Assembly: GCA_944320495.1 (NCBI GenBank)
Contig: CALUHR010000013.1
Location: forward strand, 352,001-416,000
DNA: 64,000 bases
From: Candidatus Methanomethylophilaceae archaeon
Lineage (GTDB): Archaea > Thermoplasmatota > Thermoplasmata > Methanomassiliicoccales > Methanomethylophilaceae
Direction: 5' to 3'
Shown: positions 53,719-62,866 of the stretch, in pieces
How the letters are laid out: the number at the start of each line of letters is the position of its first letter
Numbering within the stretch: the stretch's first letter is position 1
The notes under the pieces: model-generated
What the model saw: the letters and a program-made list of their open reading frames with translations, nothing else
The model's database searches: none
What the model was told of the DNA's origin: nothing
Translations under genes and position numbers: made by a program

Positions 53719-56403
53719 GTGAATCTCGTGTTCGAGAGATACGCTCAACAGGTCCAGAGGCATCCAAAGGCGATCATCGCCGTATGGGTTGTCGCTCTGA
53801 TCGTGGCGCTGCCCTTCGCGGCGCAGATCGGGGATGTCCTGGCCTACGACATGACGTCCATGGGCGGACTGGACTCCGAGTCCTCGGAGGGCCAGGAGAT
53901 CGTGGACAGCTGCTTCGAAGGTTCGATAGGCACCGACACGGTGCTCGTGATCCCGTACGATGACCAGGACGCGCTGGTCCGCATACAGGCGGGTCTGCTG
54001 GAATCCGGCATCCTGTCGGATTCCCTCTACGACAGGTTCGGCGACGACGTGTCGTACGGCACGATGGGGGCGTTCGGCCGCGAGGGCTCCGAGGGAGGGG
54101 TCCTCATCCTCAGCTTCGCGTTCGATGACGGTATGTCCGCCATAGACGAGATCGGGAACCTGAGGTCGGCGGTGGCCGACGCGGTGTCCGAGGCCGGACT
54201 GGACGTCAGGACATACGTGACCGGGTCGATACCGATCGCGTACGACACGCTGGAGAGCGCCGATGCGGATATCGCGAAGATCGACCCCCTGTCGATCCTG
54301 ATAATCCTGGTGCTCCTGGGCCTGTTCTTCTGGACCCTGGTCACGGCTCTCGTGCCCCCGATAGTGGTGGGCACCGCGTACGGCACGGTCCTCGCGCTAG
54401 TCTTCGCGCTCGGACAGTTCCTGGACATATTCTACATAACGAAGACCATAGTGCTCGTCTCGATGCTCGGGGCGGGCGTCGACTACTCCATCTTCATCAT
54501 AGCCAGATACAGGGAGGAGCGCAACTACCATTCCAGGAGCAAGGAGGAGGCGCTCACAGAGGCCATCAAGTGGGCCGGGGAGTCGGTGCTCACGTCGGGA
54601 CTCGCCGTGATCATAGGATTCGCGATCATGTCCCTGTGCTCCTTCAGCCTGGTCTCGACCATGGCCATATCGCTCGCGCTGGGCATCGTGGTCGCGATGC
54701 TCGCGGCGCTCACGCTCATACCCGCCATACTGGCGCTCTGCGGGGACAGGATCTTCTGGCCCAGGAGGATCGAGGATTACACCGGTCAGAGCAGGATGCG
54801 CCACGGGGTCTACGGGAGGATGGTCTCGGCATCCAGGAGGTACTTCTCCTGGGCCGGCAGGTTCTCCACCAAGCACGCCTGGTCCATCGTGGCCGTGGCC
54901 ATACTCATCACCGCCCCCCTCGGATATGTGGCGATCACATCCGAGGACTCCTTCGACATGATCAGCGTCATGCCCGACTCCGAGGCGAAGGAGGGCGTGG
55001 ACGCGCTGACCTCCGCGACCGACGGCGGGTACCTCATGCCCACGTACGTCCTGATCGAGACGGACCAGCCCGTGGCCGTCATCGGTGACCTGGGCAACGG
55101 CGTCCGTACGCTGACATGGACCGATGCCGGTCTGGAGTACGTCTCGGCCCTCCAGTCCGGGCTGATAGGATCGTCGCTGACCGGCGGCAGCCTCGGCGCC
55201 CTGCAGGCTTCGGACGACAACATCTCGCTGGCCATGGGGCCGACCCCCTGGGCCTATCTGTACTCGACGGTGGAATCGGTCGTGTCCGGCCAGGTGTACC
55301 AGCAGGCCTACGCCCAGGCGTACGAGGCCGCGTTCCAGCAGGCCGTCGGGGCCGGGATGGACGAGGATTCCGCCGCGACGGCCGCGGACGCGGCGGCGAA
55401 GGAGGTAGCCGAGGGATACGTGACCGGATACGTCACGCCCGAGGTCGTGAACCATGCGATCATCGAACAGGCGGGTCTCCCGGACATGGTGACCGCTCCT
55501 CTGGCACGGTTCTTCGACGCCTACGGCGCCTGGGGTCTCGCCCCGTCGGATGTGTTGTCCCCGGCCGTGCCGGTGACCGTCGCCAGCCTCATCGACTACC
55601 AGCTGAACGTCTCCACCGGCCTGGTGTCATACGATTCGGCGGATCCGTCCGCGGGCACCGGCGGCATGTACATGCGCATCATGGTCATCGTGAGCGACGA
55701 GCCCATGTCGCAGAGGTCGATGGACTCCATCGCCAGCGCGAGGGAGGTCATGGCCCAGTTCGCCGAGGATAACGGCTGGGTCGCGGGCACATGGGTGCTC
55801 GGTACCGGCGCGGTGCTCTACGACATCTCCGACGTCGTCGACTCGGAGTTCCACTGGATCGAGCTGGGCGTCGTGATACTGATCTACATCCTGCTGCTGT
55901 TCGTCCTCGGTGTGTACTTCACGCCGATAAGGTCGCTCATGACCATCCTGATGAGCGTCGTCTGGACTCTGGGGGCGCTGCATCTGGTTTTCGCGGAGAT
56001 GCTAGGCGTGGACGTGATATGGGTCGTGCCAATCGTGCTCTTCGTAATCTGTCTCGGGCTCGGGATGGACTACGACATCCTGCTGACCACCCGCATAAGG
56101 GAGGGCAAGCTCAAGGGCATGTCCAACGACGAGGCGATCCAGAACGCCGTCTCCTGGGCCGGATCCGTCATAACGCTCTGCGGCCTGGTCATGGGCGGCA
56201 CGTTCCTGACGCTGCTGACATCTGGATCCAGCATGCTGCAGGAGGTCGGATTCGCGCTGGGCTTCGCGATCCTGGTGGATGCGCTGTTCGTCGTCCCGTA
56301 CGTGGTGCCGGCGCTGATGCACCTGATGGGCGACTGGAGCTGGAAGGGACCGAGGTTCCTGGCCGGACGCAGGGACCCTGTCGCGAAGGACGAGGAGTCC
56401 TGA
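53719..56403 (+). CDS. MMPL/RND family transporter
   Basis: YVTG, GAGVDYSIFIIARYREE, GLGMDYDILLTTRIRE. Confidence 0.92.
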   Translation: MNLVFERYAQQVQRHPKAIIAVWVVALIVALPFAAQIGDVLAYDMTSMGGLDSESSEGQEIVDSCFEGSIGTDTVLVIPYDDQDALVRIQAGLLESGILSDSLYDRFGDDVSYGTMGAFGREGSEGGVLILSFAFDDGMSAIDEIGNLRSAVADAVSEAGLDVRTYVTGSIPIAYDTLESADADIAKIDPLSILIILVLLGLFFWTLVTALVPPIVVGTAYGTVLALVFALGQFLDIFYITKTIVLVSMLGAGVDYSIFIIARYREERNYHSRSKEEALTEAIKWAGESVLTSGLAVIIGFAIMSLCSFSLVSTMAISLALGIVVAMLAALTLIPAILALCGDRIFWPRRIEDYTGQSRMRHGVYGRMVSASRRYFSWAGRFSTKHAWSIVAVAILITAPLGYVAITSEDSFDMISVMPDSEAKEGVDALTSATDGGYLMPTYVLIETDQPVAVIGDLGNGVRTLTWTDAGLEYVSALQSGLIGSSLTGGSLGALQASDDNISLAMGPTPWAYLYSTVESVVSGQVYQQAYAQAYEAAFQQAVGAGMDEDSAATAADAAAKEVAEGYVTGYVTPEVVNHAIIEQAGLPDMVTAPLARFFDAYGAWGLAPSDVLSPAVPVTVASLIDYQLNVSTGLVSYDSADPSAGTGGMYMRIMVIVSDEPMSQRSMDSIASAREVMAQFAEDNGWVAGTWVLGTGAVLYDISDVVDSEFHWIELGVVILIYILLLFVLGVYFTPIRSLMTILMSVVWTLGALHLVFAEMLGVDVIWVVPIVLFVICLGLGMDYDILLTTRIREGKLKGMSNDEAIQNAVSWAGSVITLCGLVMGGTFLTLLTSGSSMLQEVGFALGFAILVDALFVVPYVVPALMHLMGDWSWKGPRFLAGRRDPVAKDEES

Positions 56404-56528
56404 AGAAACGGGCATCGCCAGATGCCATTCAGGAGGGTGTGCTCCCAGGCCGGTCGCCGGGCGGCGCGCCCTCCATCTTTCCGATGAAAATGTTTATAAG
56501 TAAGTCCTCATTACGCCGACTTACAACT

Positions 56529-56603
56529 GCCGCCGTGGCTAAGGGGTATAGCGACGCCTTGGTAAGGCGTAGGTCGTGGGTTCGATTCCCATCGGCGGCT
56601 CCA
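56529..56603 (+). tRNA. tRNA-Thr(GGT)
   Basis: GCCGCCG/CGGCGGC acceptor stem, ACGCC-TTGGTAA-GGCGT, TTCGATT, CCA. Confidence 0.93.
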
Positions 56604-56821
56604 TCCATTCTCATACCCTGTCATTCGTGGCCGAGAGGTTTCGTTTCTGTTCACATCGCTCAGGGCATCGGACGGATGCGGCAGCGACATCGGATTCCGG
56701 GGCGGACACGGGCCCGTTCCCAGAGTTCGTGCCGAGGACAATCGGGGGCGCTGTCCGCGATAGGCCCGGGTCAGAAAGATGGAAGGTGCCGGGCGTATGC
56801 CCAGACGCCCCATACGGTGTT

Positions 56822-58024
56822 TCAGTCCATCTGGTAGATTACGAACCCGGACCAGATCTTCGGGAAGAAGAACGTGGTCTTCTTGGGCATGCGCTTGCCC
56901 TTCATCGAGAGTTCCCAGATGGTGTCGAGGCTCGGGGGGTTGAGCAGGACGGCTGCATCGAACTCGCCGGCATCCATGCGCCTCATCACGTCGTCGGCCT
57001 CCGCGTCGTAGGAGACGTCCGCCTTGCCCTCGTCGCTCTTGTAGACCCCGTACAGGATCCTCTGCTGGACGGCGTAGGTGTCGAGGCTCATCATCTCGTT
57101 CCCGCCGTCATCGTCGAGGTCGGCGAGCAGGCACTTGCCGGACCTGAAGCGGATGCCCATCATGTGGCCGGGGAGGCGGTCCAGGAGCTCCTCGACGGGC
57201 ACCTCCTCGGTCCTGAACGCGGCCGAGACGCCCTTGATGGCGTTCTTCTCGGAGATGTTCCCCGACTTGATCAGGCGGTGGGTCGGCCAGATCACCAGAC
57301 CCTTGTCGTCCGCCGGGACGAGGGTGGCCAGAACGTACTGGCGCTTCTCGTCGTCCGGGTTCTCGCGGGCGTAGTTGAGGGCGGTCTCGTAGCGGTGGTG
57401 GCCGTCCGCGATGAGCATCCTCTGATCCTTGAGCTCGGATGTGATGGCGGCGGTTATCTCTGGGTCCGAGAGCCTGTAGTACCTGTGCTCCACACCGTCG
57501 GAGTCGACGTAGCGGTAGACGAGGCGCTCGTTGTCCCTGATCCTCCTGGAGAGCTCCGGGGTCAGCCCGTTGAATATGCCGAAGATGGACTCCAGGTGGC
57601 AGCCCATGTCCCTGAGGAGGTTGAGGCGGTCGGCCTTGACCTTGGAGAAGGTCTCCTCGTGGGGGATTATGTTGCCCTCCCCGTAGTCCTCGGTCCTGAG
57701 GATCCCGACGATCCCTCTGCGGACGCGCTGCTCGCCGTGGTCGTCGAAGGTCTGCTCGTAGATGTAGAAGGACGGCTCGTCCCTCTTGAGCTCGTTGTCG
57801 GCGATCCACTGATCGAGCTCGGCCTTGGAACCGTGGTACCTCTTGTCGGCGTCGGGGTTGAGCGTCAGCCTGGTGATGTTGTGCGGTTTGGACTGAAGTT
57901 CCTTGAGGTAATCGGGTCCGATCACGTCATAGGGCGGCGAGATGCGGTCACCGATGTGCTCTCCTGCTTTCAGGTTGGGTCTGAGACCCTCGAACGGGAG
58001 GAAATCCACCATCTTGATCCTCAT
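56822..58024 (-). CDS. DUF1015 family protein
   Basis: SPPYDVI, PHEET, IADGHHRYET, PKKTTFFFPK; start 58024 or 58012. Confidence 0.88.
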   Translation of the reverse strand: MRIKMVDFLPFEGLRPNLKAGEHIGDRISPPYDVIGPDYLKELQSKPHNITRLTLNPDADKRYHGSKAELDQWIADNELKRDEPSFYIYEQTFDDHGEQRVRRGIVGILRTEDYGEGNIIPHEETFSKVKADRLNLLRDMGCHLESIFGIFNGLTPELSRRIRDNERLVYRYVDSDGVEHRYYRLSDPEITAAITSELKDQRMLIADGHHRYETALNYARENPDDEKRQYVLATLVPADDKGLVIWPTHRLIKSGNISEKNAIKGVSAAFRTEEVPVEELLDRLPGHMMGIRFRSGKCLLADLDDDGGNEMMSLDTYAVQQRILYGVYKSDEGKADVSYDAEADDVMRRMDAGEFDAAVLLNPPSLDTIWELSMKGKRMPKKTTFFFPKIWSGFVIYQMD

Positions 58025-58103
58025 GGTTCCGCATGTCCACGGAATATAAGAGGGGTTCGAGAAGGGGAAGGGGGACCCGCTGGGGAGAGGATCCGTTTTC
58101 CGA

Positions 58104-58454
58104 TTATTCGGATTCGAGGTTCGGATCCCCAATCATGATTAGAGGTCTGATCTCCAGACTGTAGTACAGTATGTGCCAGATTGCCACCCCGAAGAGGAAT
58201 CCCGCCACGGTGCCCGCGACGACGAAGGTCGGATTGTAGGTCTCCATGATCCACCAGTATGCCGCAGTTATGATGACCGCCGGTATCGCATAGGCGATGC
58301 AGCGGATCAGCCTCTTCTGGTCGGACCATATCTCTGATCCGTCAATCCCGATAATGCCCAGTTTCCTGTTGCATCTGCTGACCAGGATGAATGCTATCAC
58401 CAAGGTGATGAGTGGTGGAATTAGACACAGGGTGGTGGGATGCATTTTCACCAT
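58104..58454 (-). CDS. Small 3-TM membrane protein
   Basis: Hydrophobic segments; lower GC. Confidence 0.5.
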   Translation of the reverse strand: MVKMHPTTLCLIPPLITLVIAFILVSRCNRKLGIIGIDGSEIWSDQKRLIRCIAYAIPAVIITAAYWWIMETYNPTFVVAGTVAGFLFGVAIWHILYYSLEIRPLIMIGDPNLESE

Positions 58455-58674
58455 TCTTCTACTTCGTAACCGTTGGGTACGGTATGCCAAACAACCCACG
58501 TTTCGTAGACCGCATAGTTCTTGCAATCAGCAATCAGTTTTCCGTACATTCAACCCTCCCGACCGTTAGGTCGAAAAATGAATCGTTCGAAGCTCAATAT
58601 TTAAAGATTATATTCGAAAATTATGAAAAATTAAAATGTAGTCACACAGCCATCATATGATTCAAAGTGCTACA

Positions 58675-60144
58675 TCGCTCGGCGGAACCGAACAGATCCA
58701 TGACCCTCTTGGTATCCGGGGAAACATCGGAATGGAATCTGAATCCGTTGCTCACGATGGTCACATATCTCGAGGCCAGCGAGAACGCGTCATCAACTGT
58801 GAGTCTGGAGTCGCCGTCTTCGAGAATCTGGGCTATGGCGGTGCGTATGCCTGTTGACAGGAACATCAGGAACCTTTCCCATCCATGACTTCCTGATGAA
58901 TCGGCCGAGAAGATGCTGTCGATGAGTGCATGGGATTGCTTCAGAGTCATGCTCCTCAGATTAATGAGATCCATGGCATACTCCCATTGCTCTTCCGTGG
59001 TCAGTATCACCGATGATCCGATGCATCCGTCAATCTCTGATATCAGATGCGATGTCGCGGAGTCATTGTGCGGCAGATTGTTGTACCTCAGCATCCTAGA
59101 TACGCTGGATTCCGTGTATCCGATGCTCTTTGTCATGTTCCTGATGTGGCGGACCGGTTTTGTCAGGAACACATTAAAGGTGAACATGCAATCATCATTT
59201 CCTCTGCCACGGTCGACATATGTCCAAGCTCCGTTGTTCAGTCTTATCCCGAGACATCCTTGGTACACATCATGCTCTATTCCATGATGCTCAGCTTTGT
59301 GATATTCTGTGGCCATCATGCCCAGGGCTGAGCGCAGAGTGTCAGAGCATGTCCCGATTCTCATAGTCATCCTGTCTCCGTCCATGAGCATCCTGGCGAT
59401 CTCCGGGGGATTGTCCGAAATCTCGTCCAGGACCCTGACGAGTCTGACGTTCGTACCTGTCGCGATGGCCATGCGTCTCCACGCACCCGCGTTCATGCTC
59501 CTGCCGATGGTAGCGCCTGCGGCTATGGGGCGGCCCATGTCATCGGAGCAGAAAATCAGCGACACGTCGTCCGCATCGTGGTCCATCGGGCTCTTCATGG
59601 ATGCGTGTCTGAGTCCCCCGTTCCTGCCCGAGAGTCCGAAGACGATGACAGGGCCGTCGGATCCCTCGCGGATCGTCCATGCATACCTCTTGATCGATTC
59701 GTAGTCTATCTTCGATATTGCCCTTCTGATCAATCCAGCGGTGGATGCTGCATCGCCGAGGACCGGTTCGAGGTCCAAACCTCTGAGGAGACGGATACGG
59801 TCGGCACTAGGCAGGGGATTGATCGCATAGCAGATAGCCAATGCGAGCATCATGTCTCCGTCATCGCCGAAGACGCATCTGAGTGCATCCCTCATCCCGC
59901 ATCTCTCTGCTGCGTTGGAGGCAATCAGCACGCTTCCGCGATCGAGGGTGGAGAACCTTCCATCGGACAGCATGGAGCATGCCGCATCGATCGGCAGCGG
60001 TTTCACATCGACCATCCCGGTCTTCGGATCGAGGATGCCGATGTACTCCTTCATGCTCACAGGGTTCTTCCTACCAGGGACGCGTCTCGACTCCGTCCGG
60101 TAGACGTACGTCCTGCCGTTCCTTTCCACGTACACTATGGGCAT
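58675..60144 (-). mobile_element. Degenerate IS1634-like transposase-derived ORF, 489 aa (ends at CGA 58675-58677)
   Basis: N-terminal GRTYVY..PG.KNP..YIGILDPKTG resembles IS1634 transposases; DDE triad not recognisable; no terminal repeats seen. Confidence 0.55.
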
Positions 60145-60179
60145 GATGCGGGAGAGCGGTCGGGGATCGGGCCCCCGGA

Positions 60180-61226
60180 TCAGCAGATTCTGGGCACGGG
60201 GTCGCCCGCGGGCGGCTCCAGGATGCGCCTGCCACCGACCTCGGTCCTGAGGACGACCCTCTCCGGTCCGTCCACGGCATGGCCGATGATGGCCGCATCC
60301 TTGCCCTCGGGGGTGGACCTGATGGCCTTGAGCACCTCGTCCGCCATCTCCGGCACGACGCCAATCACGCATTTCCCTTCGTTGCCAATCGCCAGCGGGT
60401 CTATTCCCAGCAGTTCGCATGCGTTGACGACACCGTCCCTCAGAGGGATGGATGGGTAGTCGATCTCCATGCCGACGTGGGACTTGGAGCACCACTCGTT
60501 GAGGGTGTTCGCCAGACCTCCCCTGGTCGGGTCCTTCATGGCCACTATGCCCCCCGCGGTCAGTCCCTTGGCGATCATCTTGTTCAGCGGTGCAACGTCG
60601 CTCTGGACCTCGCTGTCGAAGCCGTAGCCCTCGCGGAAGGAGAGCAGCGCGATGCCGTGGTCGCCGACGTATCCGGACACGATGATGGCGTCGCCGGGCC
60701 TGACGTTGGAGTCGGTGCACCAGCGGTGGTCCACCTTCCTGTACTCCGCGGCCTTGGCCAGGTCGCTGTCCAGAAGGTCGGATCTCTTTCCGACGGCGGC
60801 GGTGGACATGACCATCTGCTCCACTGCGCCTGCCTCCACGACCTTGGTGTCGCCGGTCGCTATGGGCACTCCCGCGCCCTCGGCGGTCCTGCCCATGGAG
60901 TCCATGACCCTGTCGACGATGTCGACGTCCAGCCCCTCCTCCATTATGACGGAGCAGGCCAGAGCGAGGGGGGTGGCCCCCATGACGGATATGTCGTTCA
61001 CGGTGCCAGCCACGGAGATCTTGCCGATGTCCCCTCCGGGGAAGAACAGCGGCTTCACGGTGTGCCCGTCGATGGTGAAGACGATGTCGTCCACGACGGC
61101 GGAGTCGTCCATGGAGTCGAGGGGGACCTCGGCGTCCATCTTCGGGAAGTGCTTCGTGATGTGGTCGGAGAGGAACTGCTGCATGAGCTCCCCGCCGGCT
61201 CCGTGGTTGAGAATCACCTTGGGCAT
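60180..61226 (-). CDS. hypE: Hydrogenase maturation protein HypE
   Basis: HGAGG, PLFFPGGDIG, GDTKVV, KDPTRGGL, NEGK, PRIC C-terminus. Confidence 0.96.
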   Translation of the reverse strand: MPKVILNHGAGGELMQQFLSDHITKHFPKMDAEVPLDSMDDSAVVDDIVFTIDGHTVKPLFFPGGDIGKISVAGTVNDISVMGATPLALACSVIMEEGLDVDIVDRVMDSMGRTAEGAGVPIATGDTKVVEAGAVEQMVMSTAAVGKRSDLLDSDLAKAAEYRKVDHRWCTDSNVRPGDAIIVSGYVGDHGIALLSFREGYGFDSEVQSDVAPLNKMIAKGLTAGGIVAMKDPTRGGLANTLNEWCSKSHVGMEIDYPSIPLRDGVVNACELLGIDPLAIGNEGKCVIGVVPEMADEVLKAIRSTPEGKDAAIIGHAVDGPERVVLRTEVGGRRILEPPAGDPVPRIC

Positions 61227-61316
61227 GGGACGGTGGATTCGGGAGACGGCATATACTGGTTTCCCAGGGGACCTTGAGGCAATCCGTTAATTATGTGGTA
61301 GATAATCGAGACGGCG

Positions 61317-61388
61317 GGCCCTGTGGGGTAGCGGATATCCCGTCAGATTTCGGCACTGACAATCCGGGTTCGATTCCCGGCAGGGCCG
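61317..61388 (+). tRNA. tRNA-Arg(TCG) with atypical anticodon arm
   Basis: GGCCCTG/CAGGGCC acceptor stem, A20, anticodon TCG at 61350-52; A31.A39 mismatch and C38; CCA not encoded. Confidence 0.85.
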
Positions 61389-61397
61389 CCTGTTTCT

Positions 61398-61895
61398 TCA
61401 TTCGCCGGTGTACTTGCCGACGGTCTTGCAGTGGGCGAGCACGTGCCCGTCCATGGCGAAGTACAGGTCGTTGAGCCTGAAGCCGCTGGGCAGTCCGAGC
61501 TCGGTGTCGAGTGCGTAGACCTTCAGGGTGTACCTATGCATCCCGTTGGGCGGGGCCATGCCGCCGTATCCGGTGGCCTGCTCCCTCGTCAGTCCTCCGA
61601 GCGCGCTGAACCAGCTGTTGGAGCCCTCGGTGAATCCGGCGCCGGTGCGGGTGGCCCCCTCGGCGACCTCCGTCTCCTTGAGATCGCAGATGAGCCAGTG
61701 GACCCAGAGGAACCCGGCTGCGGAGACGGCGTCGTAGTCGTCGAGGATGACGGCGAAGCTCTTCGTGCCCTCGGGGGCGTCCTCGATCCTGAACCCGGGG
61801 GAGATCCCGGGCATGCCGTTGTGGTCGGCGGAGCCCTTGCATCCGTACTCGTTGCCGAACCATCCGTCCCTGATGGCGCTGCAGACGACCCTCAT
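61398..61895 (-). CDS. YbhB/YbcL PEBP-family protein
   Basis: DDYDA, WVHW, YGGMAPP, HRYTLKVYALD. Confidence 0.9.
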   Translation of the reverse strand: MRVVCSAIRDGWFGNEYGCKGSADHNGMPGISPGFRIEDAPEGTKSFAVILDDYDAVSAAGFLWVHWLICDLKETEVAEGATRTGAGFTEGSNSWFSALGGLTREQATGYGGMAPPNGMHRYTLKVYALDTELGLPSGFRLNDLYFAMDGHVLAHCKTVGKYTGE

Positions 61896-61896
61896 C

Positions 61897-62421
61897 TCAG
61901 GCGCCCTCGTAGATGATCAGGGAGTCGACGTCGTATCCTTTGAGCTTGTCCCTTCCCTTGAGACCGGCGAGCTCCATGACGAACCCGATCTTGACGACCT
62001 TGCCGCCCTCGCGCTCGACCATCTTGATGATGGCCTCGGTGGTCCCGCCGGTGGCGATGAGGTCGTCGATGATGACGACGCGCTGACCAGGCTTGATGGC
62101 GTCCTTATGCATCTCCAGGGTGGCGGTGCCGTACTCGAGGTCGTAGTCCTCCGAGATGGTCTCCCTCGGGAGCTTCCCCTTCTTCCTCACGAGGATGAAC
62201 CCCTTGCCCATGGTGTATGCGACCGGGGTACCGAAGATGAATCCCCTGGACTCGGACCCCACCACGAGGTCGAAGTCGAGCCCCTTCATCATGTCGACGA
62301 GGCCGTCGATGGCCAGTTTGAGGCCTTCGGCGTCGCTCATTATCGTCGTGATGTCTCTGAATATGATTCCCGGTTTGGGGAAGTCCGGAATGCTGGTGAC
62401 GTAGTCCCTGAGCTCCTTCAT
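61897..62421 (-). CDS. apt: Adenine phosphoribosyltransferase
   Basis: [30 protein letters not shown]. Confidence 0.96.
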   Translation of the reverse strand: MKELRDYVTSIPDFPKPGIIFRDITTIMSDAEGLKLAIDGLVDMMKGLDFDLVVGSESRGFIFGTPVAYTMGKGFILVRKKGKLPRETISEDYDLEYGTATLEMHKDAIKPGQRVVIIDDLIATGGTTEAIIKMVEREGGKVVKIGFVMELAGLKGRDKLKGYDVDSLIIYEGA

Positions 62422-62500
62422 GAATATGTGAAGAATGATGCGGAATTAAGCTTTCGTAGAATCCAAGAAGACCCCTGAGAGGGTAAGGTGTTTGTCGCGG

Positions 62501-62629
62501 TCATCAGTCGAGTCTTGCGAATCGTCGTCGCGACAGGCACTGGAGATAAGTGTCGAACGACCGGGCTTTCTCAGTGCAGTCACTGTGACAATCCTCGCCG
62601 CAGATCCGGGTTACTTGACGTTTACCGAT
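62501..62629 (-). other. Candidate short Cys-rich ORF with ATC start and CGA CGA CGA run
   Basis: TATA (TTTAAATA) and AGGAGGT RBS upstream; frame ends CGA x3 and later TGA TGA; no canonical start. Confidence 0.3.
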
Positions 62630-62866
62630 GCTTGCTTACCTCCTGAAAGTGATATGGTCGTTCGTGATATTTAAATCTATTCTTTAATGGATGCTGGATT
62701 CGAAGGATTATGCGGATAATGCGCTGAAATCGTATGATTATCAATGTAATCCGTAGTTGTTCTACGATTTTCGAAAAAGATGGATGCATGCTGGATGTTT
62801 ACGGGCCGCCGGCGCATCCGCTGGTCGGGAGAGGATGGGAAGCCCGGCCGGGGCCGGGTAAGGGGT

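Noticed and set aside
1475-58677. Terminal CGA as a methylation-linked basecalling error (TGATC read as CGATC)
   Set aside because: Only 8 of 17 sites are in CGATC context. TGATC stops are intact at 6705, 13172, 30767, 33455, 33678, 42274, 50934, 50937 and 60180. I noticed no matching damage to conserved motifs, and an error model does not explain the absence of internal CGA. Not fully excluded without raw reads.
56529-58700. Island integrated at tRNA-Thr or tRNA-Arg
   Set aside because: No integrase and no duplicated tRNA 3' end seen
58642-60720. 692-aa ORF joining the hypE region to the transposase-like gene
   Set aside because: The 5' part is an off-frame shadow of hypE; the real start is ATG 60144
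61341-61360. Intron or different anticodon register in the 61317 tRNA
   Set aside because: Counting from the D-stem puts TCG at 34-36; no extra bases or bulge-helix-bulge motif
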